Assembly: GCF_001457615.1 (NCBI RefSeq)
Contig: NZ_LN831024.1
Span: 3,990,001-4,022,000, forward strand
Origin: Pseudomonas aeruginosa
GTDB lineage: Bacteria; Pseudomonadota; Gammaproteobacteria; Pseudomonadales; Pseudomonadaceae
Length of the DNA stretch: 32,000 nt
Reading direction: 5' to 3'
This document shows positions 1 to 8,117 of this stretch, one piece after another; position 1 is the stretch's first letter; every line of letters starts with the position of its first letter. The notes beneath the pieces are model-generated. The model had not been told where the DNA came from. It was given only the letters and a program-made list of their open reading frames with translations, and made no database searches. A program made the position numbers and the translations under genes.

Positions 1-393
1 AGCCTGTGCGTGATGGCCGGGCCGGGCTTCGCCGGCGAACTGAGTGCGGAGGAGTACCTGGCGGCGGACCATGTCGCGGTGACCTCGCGGCGACGCGGCA
101 TCTGCATCGAAGACCTGGCCCTCGGCCACCTCGGCCTGACCCGCCAGGTGCGCCAGCGCTGCCAGCACTACCTGTCGGCGGCGTTGCTGGTGGCCCAGGG
201 CGGCTACCTGCTGACCCTGACCCGAGGCTACGCCGAACTGATCAACCGCGGCCTGGGCAACCGCCTGCTGCCGATGCCGCTGGCCCTGCCAGCGGTGACT
301 CTGAATCTCTACTGGTCGCGCCAGGCCGACGACGAAGCCGGCAGCCTCTGGCTGCGCGGCGAACTGGCGGAGCTGGCGACGCGCCTGCGCTGA
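1..393 (+). CDS. LysR-family transcriptional regulator, C-terminal effector-binding part (5' end outside window)
   Basis: The frame is open from the window edge to TGA at 391-393. The tail (...GICIEDLALGHLGL...LLTLTRGYAELINRGLG...LYWSRQADDEAGSLWLRGEL) looks like a LysR substrate-binding-domain C-terminus, and GC3 is high. Its position fits PA1399 in my recollection of PAO1 order. Confidence 0.7.
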   Translation, partial: SLCVMAGPGFAGELSAEEYLAADHVAVTSRRRGICIEDLALGHLGLTRQVRQRCQHYLSAALLVAQGGYLLTLTRGYAELINRGLGNRLLPMPLALPAVTLNLYWSRQADDEAGSLWLRGELAELATRLR

Positions 394-408
394 GCGCGGG
401 CGCTGCGT

Positions 409-750
409 CTAGGGCTTCGCCGCCTTGGCGCGGGCCTTCTGCAGCCACTGCCCGGCCTTCGCCGAACACTCCGTGACATAGGTCGTATCGATCGCGCAGC
501 GCTCCCCGGTGGCCTTGAGCAGGTAGGCGGCATCGGCTACCTCGTAGTCGGTGTGCCGGCGCGGCGTACCGTTCGCCTGGGATTCGCGTTCGTCCTCGCG
601 GATGTCGCAGTACAGCGCATTGCTGCGGGCGAACAGTTCTAGGCACTCGGCATCCTTGCCCAGCAATGGGTTGGCGCTGTCCTCGGCGGACTTGGAGCAG
701 CCGCCGAGCAGCAGGCAGGCGCAGGCAATCGTGGCAAGCGGGCTACGCAT
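409..750 (-). CDS. small lipoprotein, unknown function (113 aa)
   Basis: ATG at 750. The N-terminus MRSPLATIACACLLLGG|CSK is a signal peptide plus lipobox. The frame has high GC3. Confidence 0.7.
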   Translation of the reverse strand: MRSPLATIACACLLLGGCSKSAEDSANPLLGKDAECLELFARSNALYCDIREDERESQANGTPRRHTDYEVADAAYLLKATGERCAIDTTYVTECSAKAGQWLQKARAKAAKP

Positions 751-830
751 GTGTCCGTTTCCTTGGCCATGGAGAGTGCGCCATTAAAACAGCCCCGGCG
801 CCTCGGCGCACCCGCGGCGTGCCCATGGTG

Positions 831-1463
831 CTACTCCGCATCCCCCTGCCCCAGCAGCGCCCGGTACTTCACCGCCGCCGCGGTCCGCGACGGCACGTCC
901 AGCGCCCGCAGCAGCGACGACACATGGATGCGCACCGTGTAGTGGGAGATGTCCAGGGCGCGGCCGATCTCCTTGTTGCTCTTGCCCTGGGCCAGCAGGC
1001 GCAGGACATCCAGTTGGCGCTCGGTGAGCCCCTCCAGGCGCGGGCTGGGCTGCAGCGGCAGGAGGCCGGAGGGTTCGTAGCGCACCAGCACTTCCCCGGC
1101 GCGGATGGCCAGAATCGCCTGGCCGAGTTCCTCGGGCGCGATGCTCTTGCCGAGGAAGCCGTCGGCCCCTGCGTTCATCACTTCGCCGATGAGCTGCGGG
1201 TCGTCGACCATCGAGACGACGATCAGGGTGGTGCGCGGGAACCGGCGGCGCAGGTCGGCGAGCATCTCGATGCGGGTCAGGCCGGGGAAACGCAGGTCGA
1301 GGATCAGCGAATCGGGCTGCTCGCCTTCGTCAGCCAGGCGCAGGACCCCGGCGAGATCGCCGGCCTCCTCGATCCTGGCCTCGGGCAGCAGGCGCTGGAG
1401 GATACTCAGCATGCCCTCGCGAAACAGCGGATGATCATCGGCGACGATGATGCGGCCAGTCAT
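831..1463 (-). CDS. NarL/FixJ (LuxR-type) two-component response regulator, 210 aa
   Basis: The receiver domain shows IIVADDHPLFREG and LILDLRFPG. The C-terminal LuxR HTH reads LTERQLDVLRLLAQGKSNKEIGRALDISHYTVRIHVSSLL. A GGAG Shine-Dalgarno lies upstream of the ATG at 1463. Confidence 0.9.
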   Translation of the reverse strand: MTGRIIVADDHPLFREGMLSILQRLLPEARIEEAGDLAGVLRLADEGEQPDSLILDLRFPGLTRIEMLADLRRRFPRTTLIVVSMVDDPQLIGEVMNAGADGFLGKSIAPEELGQAILAIRAGEVLVRYEPSGLLPLQPSPRLEGLTERQLDVLRLLAQGKSNKEIGRALDISHYTVRIHVSSLLRALDVPSRTAAAVKYRALLGQGDAE

Positions 1464-1530
1464 TCTTGTAGTCTCCAGGAGTCGCAGTTTCCGCCGCGCA
1501 TGCTACCTTAGCCCGCTACCGCCGCGCCCA

Positions 1531-1557
1531 CCCTTCGTCCGTCTTCGTGACGAAGGG
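1531..1557. promoter_or_regulatory. 9-bp perfect inverted repeat in the divergent response-regulator / kinase intergenic region
   Basis: cccttcgtc (1531-1539) pairs with gacgaaggg (1549-1557) across a 9-nt spacer. It lies between divergent starts at 1463 and 1609. It could be a dimeric regulator site or a 5'-leader hairpin. Confidence 0.3.
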
Positions 1558-1608
1558 GGCGAAACAGAGGAAAAGGCGCGCGGCGCTCCCATGCACACGG
1601 AGGTGCAC

Positions 1609-3231
1609 ATGAAGTTCGAGAAGAATACCGAGCTGGACCAGGCCAACCTGCGACTGATCGTGGCCACCTGCGCGATCCTCTACGTGGTGCTGATCGGCCT
1701 GCTGCCCGGCCTGAAGGTCGAGACCTACCTGCCGATCGTTGCCTACTACGGCCTGTTCCTGATCGCCTCCATACTGCTGCGCCAGGCCATCGTGCGCTGG
1801 CCGGGGCACTACCCGGCGCGGCGGATCTTCTGCATGCTGCACGACTACGCCGGCACCTCGTTCGGCCTGATCGTGGGCGGCGAGGCAGCGCTGCCGCTGT
1901 ACGCGGTGATGGTCTGGATCAACCTGGGCAACGGCATGCGCTACGGCTCGCGCTACCTGGCCATCGCCACCGCCCTGGCGCTGCTCGCGCTACTGGTCAT
2001 CTATCGACTGACCCCGGCCTGGCAGGCTCAGCCGTTCATGGTGCTGATGCTGATGACCACCAGTACCGTCATTCCCTTCTACGCGCACCTCCTGCTGGAG
2101 CGCACGCGCAAGGCCACCGAGGAAGCGTTGCAGGCGAACCAGGAGAAATCGCGCCTGCTGGCCCAGGCCAGCCACGACCTGCGCCAGCCGATCCACTCCA
2201 TCGGCCTGTTCACCGCCTGCCTGCGCGACGCCCACCTGGGCGAAGAGGAACGGCGCCTGGTGGACAACATCGACCGCTCGCTGCTCAACGTCTCGCAACT
2301 GTTCCGCTCCATTCTCGATCTCTACACCCTCGACAACGGCCGGCTCCAGCCCAAGCAGGAGAACGTCCACCTGGGCGAGTTGCTGCGCGACCTGGTCCGG
2401 CGCAACGCCGAAGCGGCGCGCTGGGCCGGGGTGGAACTGCGCCTGCGCCCTTGCCGCCTGTGGACGCGAACCGATCCGGGGCTGCTGTCCACCATGCTGC
2501 AGAACCTGCTCTCCAACAGCCTCAAGTACGCCGCCGAGCGCCCGCTGCTGATCGGCGTGCGGCGGCGAGGCGACGGCCTGGCCGTAGCCATCTACGACCA
2601 GGGCCGGGGGATCGCGGAGGAACACCTGCCGCGGGTGTTCGAGGAGTTCTACCGGGTACGCGAGACGCGCGACCGCGACGTCGAGGGAATCGGCCTGGGG
2701 CTGTCCATCGTCCGCCGCCTGGGGCAGTTGACCGGGATCGAGGTGACGCTGCGCTCGCGGGTCGGACGCGGCACCGCGGTGACCCTGCACGGCCTGCCGG
2801 CGGTCGCCGCGCAAGCCCTGCCCCGCCGCGACGATCCCCTGCAGGCCGGCCTGCTCACCGGCTTGCGGGTGTGCCTGGTGGAAGATGATCGCAACGTCCT
2901 GCGCGCCACCTCGGCGTTGCTCGAACGCTGGGGCTGCACGGTCCAGGCGGAAACCGAGGCGGACGGCTGGCGAACCGATTGCGACATCCTCGTCGTCGAC
3001 TACGACCTCGGCCCCCACGCCTCCGGCGTCGAGTGCATCGAGCGGGTACGGCGGCAACGCGGAGAGGCGATACCGGCGCTGGTGATCAGCGGCCACGACA
3101 TCGAGCGTATCCAGGCCAGCGTCGAAGACACCGACATCGCCCTGCTCTCCAAGCCCGTGCGCCCCACGGAATTGCGCGCCACCCTGCGCGCCCTGCGCGA
3201 GCGCCCGGTGGCCGCCAGCCACGCTTCCTGA
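1609..3231 (+). CDS. hybrid sensor histidine kinase (multi-TM input, HisKA, HATPase_c, C-terminal receiver), 540 aa
   Basis: I prefer the ATG at 1609 because of the GGAGG 6 nt upstream; an alternative ATG is at 1591. The ORF-track start at 1447 overlaps the divergent gene. The first ~190 aa contain about five hydrophobic segments. Motifs seen are H-box SHDLRQPIHSI, N-box LLSNSLKYA, G1 DQGRGI and G2 GIGLGLSIV. The receiver shows VCLVEDD...LVVDYDLG...LLSKP. Its position fits PA1396. Confidence 0.85.
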   Translation: MKFEKNTELDQANLRLIVATCAILYVVLIGLLPGLKVETYLPIVAYYGLFLIASILLRQAIVRWPGHYPARRIFCMLHDYAGTSFGLIVGGEAALPLYAVMVWINLGNGMRYGSRYLAIATALALLALLVIYRLTPAWQAQPFMVLMLMTTSTVIPFYAHLLLERTRKATEEALQANQEKSRLLAQASHDLRQPIHSIGLFTACLRDAHLGEEERRLVDNIDRSLLNVSQLFRSILDLYTLDNGRLQPKQENVHLGELLRDLVRRNAEAARWAGVELRLRPCRLWTRTDPGLLSTMLQNLLSNSLKYAAERPLLIGVRRRGDGLAVAIYDQGRGIAEEHLPRVFEEFYRVRETRDRDVEGIGLGLSIVRRLGQLTGIEVTLRSRVGRGTAVTLHGLPAVAAQALPRRDDPLQAGLLTGLRVCLVEDDRNVLRATSALLERWGCTVQAETEADGWRTDCDILVVDYDLGPHASGVECIERVRRQRGEAIPALVISGHDIERIQASVEDTDIALLSKPVRPTELRATLRALRERPVAASHAS

Positions 3232-3257
3232 GACAAGGCAGGTCGAGGAGCTCAGGC

Positions 3258-3674
3258 CTACGGCGGGCCGTACTTGATGCCGGCGCAGCCGTGGGACAGC
3301 AGCAACTCGCCGTCGTCGGCCTCGAACTGGGTGATCCGCTTGCTCTTGTCGACGGTGACGGAAATGATGCAGCGATTGGGGTGGTTGACGGTATCCCAGT
3401 AGTTGGTGTTCACCATCACGTTGCCCTGCATCTCCGAGCTGGAGCCCACCACTTCATAGCGGGAATAGCTGGTGTCGGTGTACCACTGCATCACCACCTG
3501 CGAGCCGTCAGCGGTGCGCTCCATGTTCTGCGGCGTACCGAAGAAGGCTATCGCTTCCTCGGCGGAACGGCCCTTCCACTGGCTGCGGGCGTAGACCTCG
3601 GGCAGCGTGTCCATCTGGATACAGCCGCCCAGGGAAAGCGACGCCAGTAACGGCGCGATGAATATCCGGCGCAT
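3258..3674 (-). CDS. lipoprotein, unknown function (138 aa)
   Basis: MRRIFIAPLLASLSLGG|CIQ is a lipobox signal. An ACGGAG Shine-Dalgarno lies 7 nt upstream of the ATG at 3674. GC3 is high. Confidence 0.75.
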   Translation of the reverse strand: MRRIFIAPLLASLSLGGCIQMDTLPEVYARSQWKGRSAEEAIAFFGTPQNMERTADGSQVVMQWYTDTSYSRYEVVGSSSEMQGNVMVNTNYWDTVNHPNRCIISVTVDKSKRITQFEADDGELLLSHGCAGIKYGPP

Positions 3675-3689
3675 GGGTTGACTCCGTGT

Positions 3690-3944
3690 CTAGGGGTTCT
3701 TCGGCGGGTTGCCAGGCAGCAGGTCGAAGGTTCGCAGGCCCGGCGCGGCGTCCTGCCCGGACGCTTGCGCGCGGTTCGCCTGCTCGGCCACGGCCATTCC
3801 GCTCTGTGCGCCGACGGGTTTCCTCGACGCCGCAAGCGAACGCCCACCGGCAGAGAACGACTCGCGCGCCGGCTCGTCGCCGCTGCCGAAGCACCACCAA
3901 TCGCTGGCCTCCGGGCCGGTGGCGAGTACGGATTGCCGAGTCAT
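3690..3944 (-). CDS. small hypothetical protein (84 aa)
   Basis: ATG at 3944 is preceded by GGAAGGA. GC3 bias is very strong in this frame only. The stop lies 15 nt upstream of the next gene's start, which looks like an operon. I recognise no domain. Confidence 0.5.
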   Translation of the reverse strand: MTRQSVLATGPEASDWWCFGSGDEPARESFSAGGRSLAASRKPVGAQSGMAVAEQANRAQASGQDAAPGLRTFDLLPGNPPKNP

Positions 3945-4449
3945 GGTTCCTTCCAAGTCGCGTGCGTCCTGCACAACCGGTTTCCGCGAAACGCGGGGAT
4001 CAAGGGCGGGACTATAGCGTCGCGGCGAAGAAGCTCGAATAGCACAGAGGTACTATTTTCTCGGCTCGTCCGATCGGGAAGTCACCTGCGGTGAGTTCCG
4101 GTCGAAGCGGCGCCATTCCATCGACCAACTCTGCGCCCCGGAAAACGCTGGATGCGTTCCCCTGCGTTCTCGGTCTCCAACAGCACCCTCGCGACCGAAC
4201 ACTGCACGGCCATGGCTGGAAGACAAGTGAAACCAGCCACTTGCTTAAATACCTAAGGGAAAGAACATCCTACTGAAAATAAAGAAATTTCTTATACGCA
4301 CTTATTTGGCGCAACGTTAACTTAACTAACTGCACAAACACGCCCTGACCGCGCATTAGAAGAAGTACCGGCCCCCAACGGAATCCAAGTCCAACTTCGG
4401 GAGCCCCCCCTTCCCATGCAGTTAACCAATCCTCCAGGCAGAAACAGCG

Positions 4450-5040
4450 ATGAACCCTCGTGAACATGGAAAACGATCGATCGATAACGAGACACGCAGT
4501 GCGCTCAAGCACCAACGCCCAGCGGTCATCTGGCTGACCGGGTTGAGTGGCGCTGGAAAATCCACTATTGCGAATGCCCTGGAACTAGCGCTTTTCGAAC
4601 AGAAGAAACATACGTTTCTCCTGGACGGCGACGATCTCCGCCTTGGCCTGTGCCGAAACCTTGGCTACAGCGACGAAGATCGCACCGAGAACATTCGAAG
4701 AATCGCGGAAGTGGCAAAGATCCTGCTGGAAGCCGGCCTTATCGTGATCGTGGCAACCATCTCGCCATTTTCGCGAGACAGGCGCCTCTCTCGGGAACTT
4801 ATCGGCATCGAGCATTTCATCGAGGTCTTTGTCGACACGCCGCTCTCGGAATGCGAGAGAAGAGATCCCAAAGGCCTGTACAGGAAAGCACGCTCGGGCA
4901 AGATAGAAAACTTCACCGGGATCGACTCGATCTACGAAACGCCCGCACAGCCGGACATAACGATCGATACACTTTCAGAAGACCCCAACCTGGCGGTGAA
5001 GCGAATCATTTCCTACCTGGAGACGAACCAGCCAGCCTGA
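4450..5040 (+). CDS. cysC: adenylyl-sulfate (APS) kinase
   Basis: P-loop WLTGLSGAGKSTIA, then LDGDDLRLGL, ISPF, and the PKGLYRKARSG..FTGIDS.YE.P signature of APS kinases. GC is lower than the flanks. It is the only + strand gene of the central block. Confidence 0.9.
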   Translation: MNPREHGKRSIDNETRSALKHQRPAVIWLTGLSGAGKSTIANALELALFEQKKHTFLLDGDDLRLGLCRNLGYSDEDRTENIRRIAEVAKILLEAGLIVIVATISPFSRDRRLSRELIGIEHFIEVFVDTPLSECERRDPKGLYRKARSGKIENFTGIDSIYETPAQPDITIDTLSEDPNLAVKRIISYLETNQPA

Positions 5041-5096
5041 CAAGATGATTAGGCCTGGAGGCACGAACCGTCCACCGCACCACTTCCAGCTTGCGC

Positions 5097-6320
5097 TCAG
5101 GGACACCCCGTCTCGCTGCCGAACAGACGGGACAGGTTTCGCAAGGGTTTCGTGAAACGCCAGAAGCGACTGTCCAATATAGCCATCAAACGGGCGTGAG
5201 TATCATCGCGATCTATCTGCGTGCGCCGTAGCAAGTTGTCCGTTTCGGCGAGAGTGCGCTGAGCGGAAACAAGCTCTTCGCGACACGCCGACAATCGCCG
5301 AGAAAGTTCCCGCATGGCTCGTTCGTTCTGTTCGTCCCGAGCACCGGCCTCAAGCAAGCGATCTCTCAGTCCATCGTTCAGTTGCCTCTGTGCGGTACAG
5401 CTCATGGCCAGGTCAGCCACCTGCTCGCTGAACCGCGTCATGCTCTCGTTGTGGGACGAAGCCGATTGCCAGAGTTGCCTGTCCAGCTCCCCCACGTACT
5501 CCAGCAACGGCATCGCTCTGCTGAATTCCCGCTCCAGGCCTTTCCACCCTTCGATGTCGAACCGGTCCACGGCAAGCTGCTGCAGTGCCTCATGCACCTC
5601 GAGCAGCGCCTGAAAGCTTCCCGCTGCGGCAGCCAACGCGCTCGCATCATGGGATGAGTGACGCAATGCGACATCCAGGACATCACCGACGAAGCGGGCA
5701 CAAGCCGACTCGTCCACCGGCAAGGAAAGTCGATGGCCAATACGGCCCAGTTCCTGTTGCGGCAGAGCCAGCAATCGATCGTAGTCGACCACCACGGCCC
5801 CCTTGTGGAGCGCCCACTGCATCGAGCGACAGGAGTGTTCGTACCAGAGCATCAGGCTCTTTTCCCGACTCAAGTGGTCACGGGCAGCAAGAGACTCCGC
5901 GACACTAAGAGGATGGCGAGCCGCAATGACATAGTCGACCCATAGCCCCAATGCATCGAACGCGGCTTGCCAGATCGGCATCAGACGCGGCATACGCGGA
6001 TCCTTGATACCCAGCAGCGCCTTGCCTGCCAGTAGCTCAGTCAAAAGCGCCATGGCCTGCTGGACGATCTCTTCGAATCGCTCGACGCCCAGCACCCGGC
6101 GACTGGACAACCCGACGTCGCCCGACGAAAACCCGCACAGGGCCAGGACTCTGTCATTGAAAGCCACCAGGCGGGCATCTTCCCAGTATCCCTTGGGGTT
6201 GTCCGGCCTGGGTGGGATCAGATTCTCGCCAAACTCAACCCCGAGCGCCTCGAGTCCGGCGGAAAGTACGCTCGTACCGGAGCGATGCATGCCGAGAATC
6301 ACCACCACCCTGGGCGTCAT
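5097..6320 (-). CDS. PAPS-type sulfotransferase domain fused to a ~110-aa C-terminal coiled-coil region (407 aa)
   Basis: A 5'-PSB-like motif VVILGMHRSGTSVLS sits at the N-terminus, and a 3'-PB-like motif reads IAARHPLSVAES. The C-terminal third (about 5166-5495) is heptad-like and rich in charged residues and Leu (ELDRQLWQS...RELSRRLSACREELVSAQRTLAETDNLLRR). The tail ends RFWRFTKPLRNLSRLF. I prefer the ATG at 6320 because of the AGGGAGG 7-8 nt upstream; an alternative ATG is at 6341. Confidence 0.8.
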   Translation of the reverse strand: MTPRVVVILGMHRSGTSVLSAGLEALGVEFGENLIPPRPDNPKGYWEDARLVAFNDRVLALCGFSSGDVGLSSRRVLGVERFEEIVQQAMALLTELLAGKALLGIKDPRMPRLMPIWQAAFDALGLWVDYVIAARHPLSVAESLAARDHLSREKSLMLWYEHSCRSMQWALHKGAVVVDYDRLLALPQQELGRIGHRLSLPVDESACARFVGDVLDVALRHSSHDASALAAAAGSFQALLEVHEALQQLAVDRFDIEGWKGLEREFSRAMPLLEYVGELDRQLWQSASSHNESMTRFSEQVADLAMSCTAQRQLNDGLRDRLLEAGARDEQNERAMRELSRRLSACREELVSAQRTLAETDNLLRRTQIDRDDTHARLMAILDSRFWRFTKPLRNLSRLFGSETGCP

Positions 6321-6341
6321 GGATGAAACCTCCCTATTCAT

Positions 6342-8117
6342 TCAGTGTTTCCTGATCTTTTGCCAAAGCGCCTTCGCCCCGAATGTGCGCAAGAAGAACA
6401 CCCCCTTCGCGCATCGCTCCAGGAATCTTGAAAAACGGCCGTGCTTCTGGATATCCAGCCGGCAGCGCAATCCGTTTGCCAGTCGGTAGGACGCCCATTG
6501 CATGGACAGCCTGGCCGCCCCCAGGGCAGGCACCGGACTATCCGTGCAAACGCCGCATGGAGTCGAAACCGGCACGCGTTCCAGCAACTCCCGCAAACGC
6601 CGCTCGAAAAGAGACAAGGTGAATGCTTCGCGGATGCGGCGTGCGGAGTTCTGCCCCATCCGCCTCAGCATTTCCGGTTCGCGCATGAGGCTCTCGAGCC
6701 TAGCGGCGTAATCCCTGGCCTCTCGTTCGGCATCGCGCCGCGGAACAAGGAAGCCGCAGTGGGCAGAGACCAGTTCTGCGTGACCGCCGACATCGGCTGC
6801 GACTATGGCCATTCCGCACGCCATCGCCTCGTAGAGAACCAGTGCGATACCTTCGCCGGCCGATGGCAGGAAAAATATATCGGAGGCCTGGAACAACTCG
6901 CGCAACGCAGCCTCGTCCTGCCAGCCCAGCATCCGTACCCGCCCGGCCAAGCCATGGCGCCGGAGGTCGTTCCGCAGCTCCCCTGCCAGCTCGCCATCGC
7001 CCAGCACCAACGCGACGAAATCACTACCACGGCGCGCCAACTCGCCAAGGCTGGCGGCAAACAGCTCCGGTCGTTTCTGCGCGCAGAGCCGCCCCGCATA
7101 GGCGATCACTACGCACTGCGGAGCTATTCCCAGGCGCGCCCGGACCTTCGCGCGCGTCAGGCTGTCGGGTTTCCACGAGTCCACATCGGCGAACCAGTGC
7201 AACACCTCGACCTTGCTCGCCTCGACGCCACGGTCGAGCAGCCAGTGGCGCAGGTGCCCGGATACGACCCAGTGCCTGTCCAGCAAGGCAGTGCATCGAG
7301 CGGCTCTACCCGGATGGCCGCCATCGTCCCAGCCCTCCTCCATATGATTGAGGTCGACCACGGGCAGGCCCGGGTAGCGGGTCCGGACGTACCCCAGCAC
7401 GTCATAGGCGAATGCAGAGTTGGAAAGCAGCATCAGGTCGGGTTGTCGACTGTCCACCAGATAAGCAAGGAAGCCGCAAGCTTTCTCGGCAGACAGAAAG
7501 TCCGGAAGCACCCAGACATCCGCAGTGAGCGCGGTAAAACGATCCCGCCACCGATGCTCGGCCGCCAGGCTGGCGACCACCGTCAGCATCCAGCCCTCCC
7601 GGGCCAAGGCTCGAAGCAGATCCAGATTGCAACGATCCGCTCCGCCTGGCTCAAGCCAGGGCGCCAGCAGCAACAGGCGCTTTCCCGGGGCCTTAGGCAA
7701 GCTCCCCGGCGCCAGCATGGCCGACGAGCAAGGCTGCCTGCGCCCGTTCAGCCTTGCGCCAATACGGCCCTCGGGCAACGACCTGCGACTGACGAAGAGG
7801 TCGCCGCGTCGCGCATCTTCGCGGAGTTCGACCCACGGCAGGGTCGGTCGGGACAGCAGGAACCAGATCGCCTCTTCCAGAGCAGTCGCCCTCAGGGCTG
7901 CCGGTGCTCGCGGCAAGTACAGTACCGCCATCCCCTCTACCGGAAGACAGTCACTGTCCACTCCTGGGCAATGAATCCAGCGCCAGCGTTTCAGCGTCTG
8001 CGTCTCGAGAAATGCGGCGATTCGTTCGAGCTCCTCCACGCTGCAATCGCAGGCCGTGAGGATGGACAGCAACGGCACGGCATCGGCGACGGGACCTCGC
8101 GAAAGAACCTTCACCAC
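6342..8117 (-). CDS. GT4-family (GT-B) glycosyltransferase with ~150-aa N-terminal extension of unknown function (591 aa)
   Basis: The C-terminal half shows GRLCAQKRPELF...LGDGEL... and an E-x7-E motif, EGIALVLYEAMACGMAIVAADVGGHAELV. The GTG start (8117 or 8114) overlaps the upstream stop (GTGA). Confidence 0.85.
   Translation of the reverse strand: MVKVLSRGPVADAVPLLSILTACDCSVEELERIAAFLETQTLKRWRWIHCPGVDSDCLPVEGMAVLYLPRAPAALRATALEEAIWFLLSRPTLPWVELREDARRGDLFVSRRSLPEGRIGARLNGRRQPCSSAMLAPGSLPKAPGKRLLLLAPWLEPGGADRCNLDLLRALAREGWMLTVVASLAAEHRWRDRFTALTADVWVLPDFLSAEKACGFLAYLVDSRQPDLMLLSNSAFAYDVLGYVRTRYPGLPVVDLNHMEEGWDDGGHPGRAARCTALLDRHWVVSGHLRHWLLDRGVEASKVEVLHWFADVDSWKPDSLTRAKVRARLGIAPQCVVIAYAGRLCAQKRPELFAASLGELARRGSDFVALVLGDGELAGELRNDLRRHGLAGRVRMLGWQDEAALRELFQASDIFFLPSAGEGIALVLYEAMACGMAIVAADVGGHAELVSAHCGFLVPRRDAEREARDYAARLESLMREPEMLRRMGQNSARRIREAFTLSLFERRLRELLERVPVSTPCGVCTDSPVPALGAARLSMQWASYRLANGLRCRLDIQKHGRFSRFLERCAKGVFFLRTFGAKALWQKIRKH

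Noticed and set aside
1990-3222. 410-aa minus-strand ORF inside the sensor kinase. Analogous ORFs occur at 25512-26960 (-) in aceK, 27415-28491 (+) in pdxB, 29356-30675 (+) and 29239-30078 (-) in fabF2, and 22341-23171 (-) in the AraC gene.
   Set aside because: They overlap well-supported genes in alternative frames or strands, and their products are compositionally degenerate. Nothing suggests genuine overlapping genes.
4270-4515. Small ORFs in spacer regions: 4270-4515 (-), 4091-4276 (+), 22116-22340 (-), 22258-22500 (+) and 31762-31986 (-).
   Set aside because: They have no Shine-Dalgarno, no coding bias and no motifs, and some overlap real gene starts or ends. They are most likely chance ORFs in promoter or spacer DNA.
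5041-5096. Bidirectional terminator between convergent cysC and the sulfotransferase gene.
   Set aside because: The only pairing is a weak 5-bp ctgga/tccag match with a loop of about 25 nt and no U-tract. This is not convincing.
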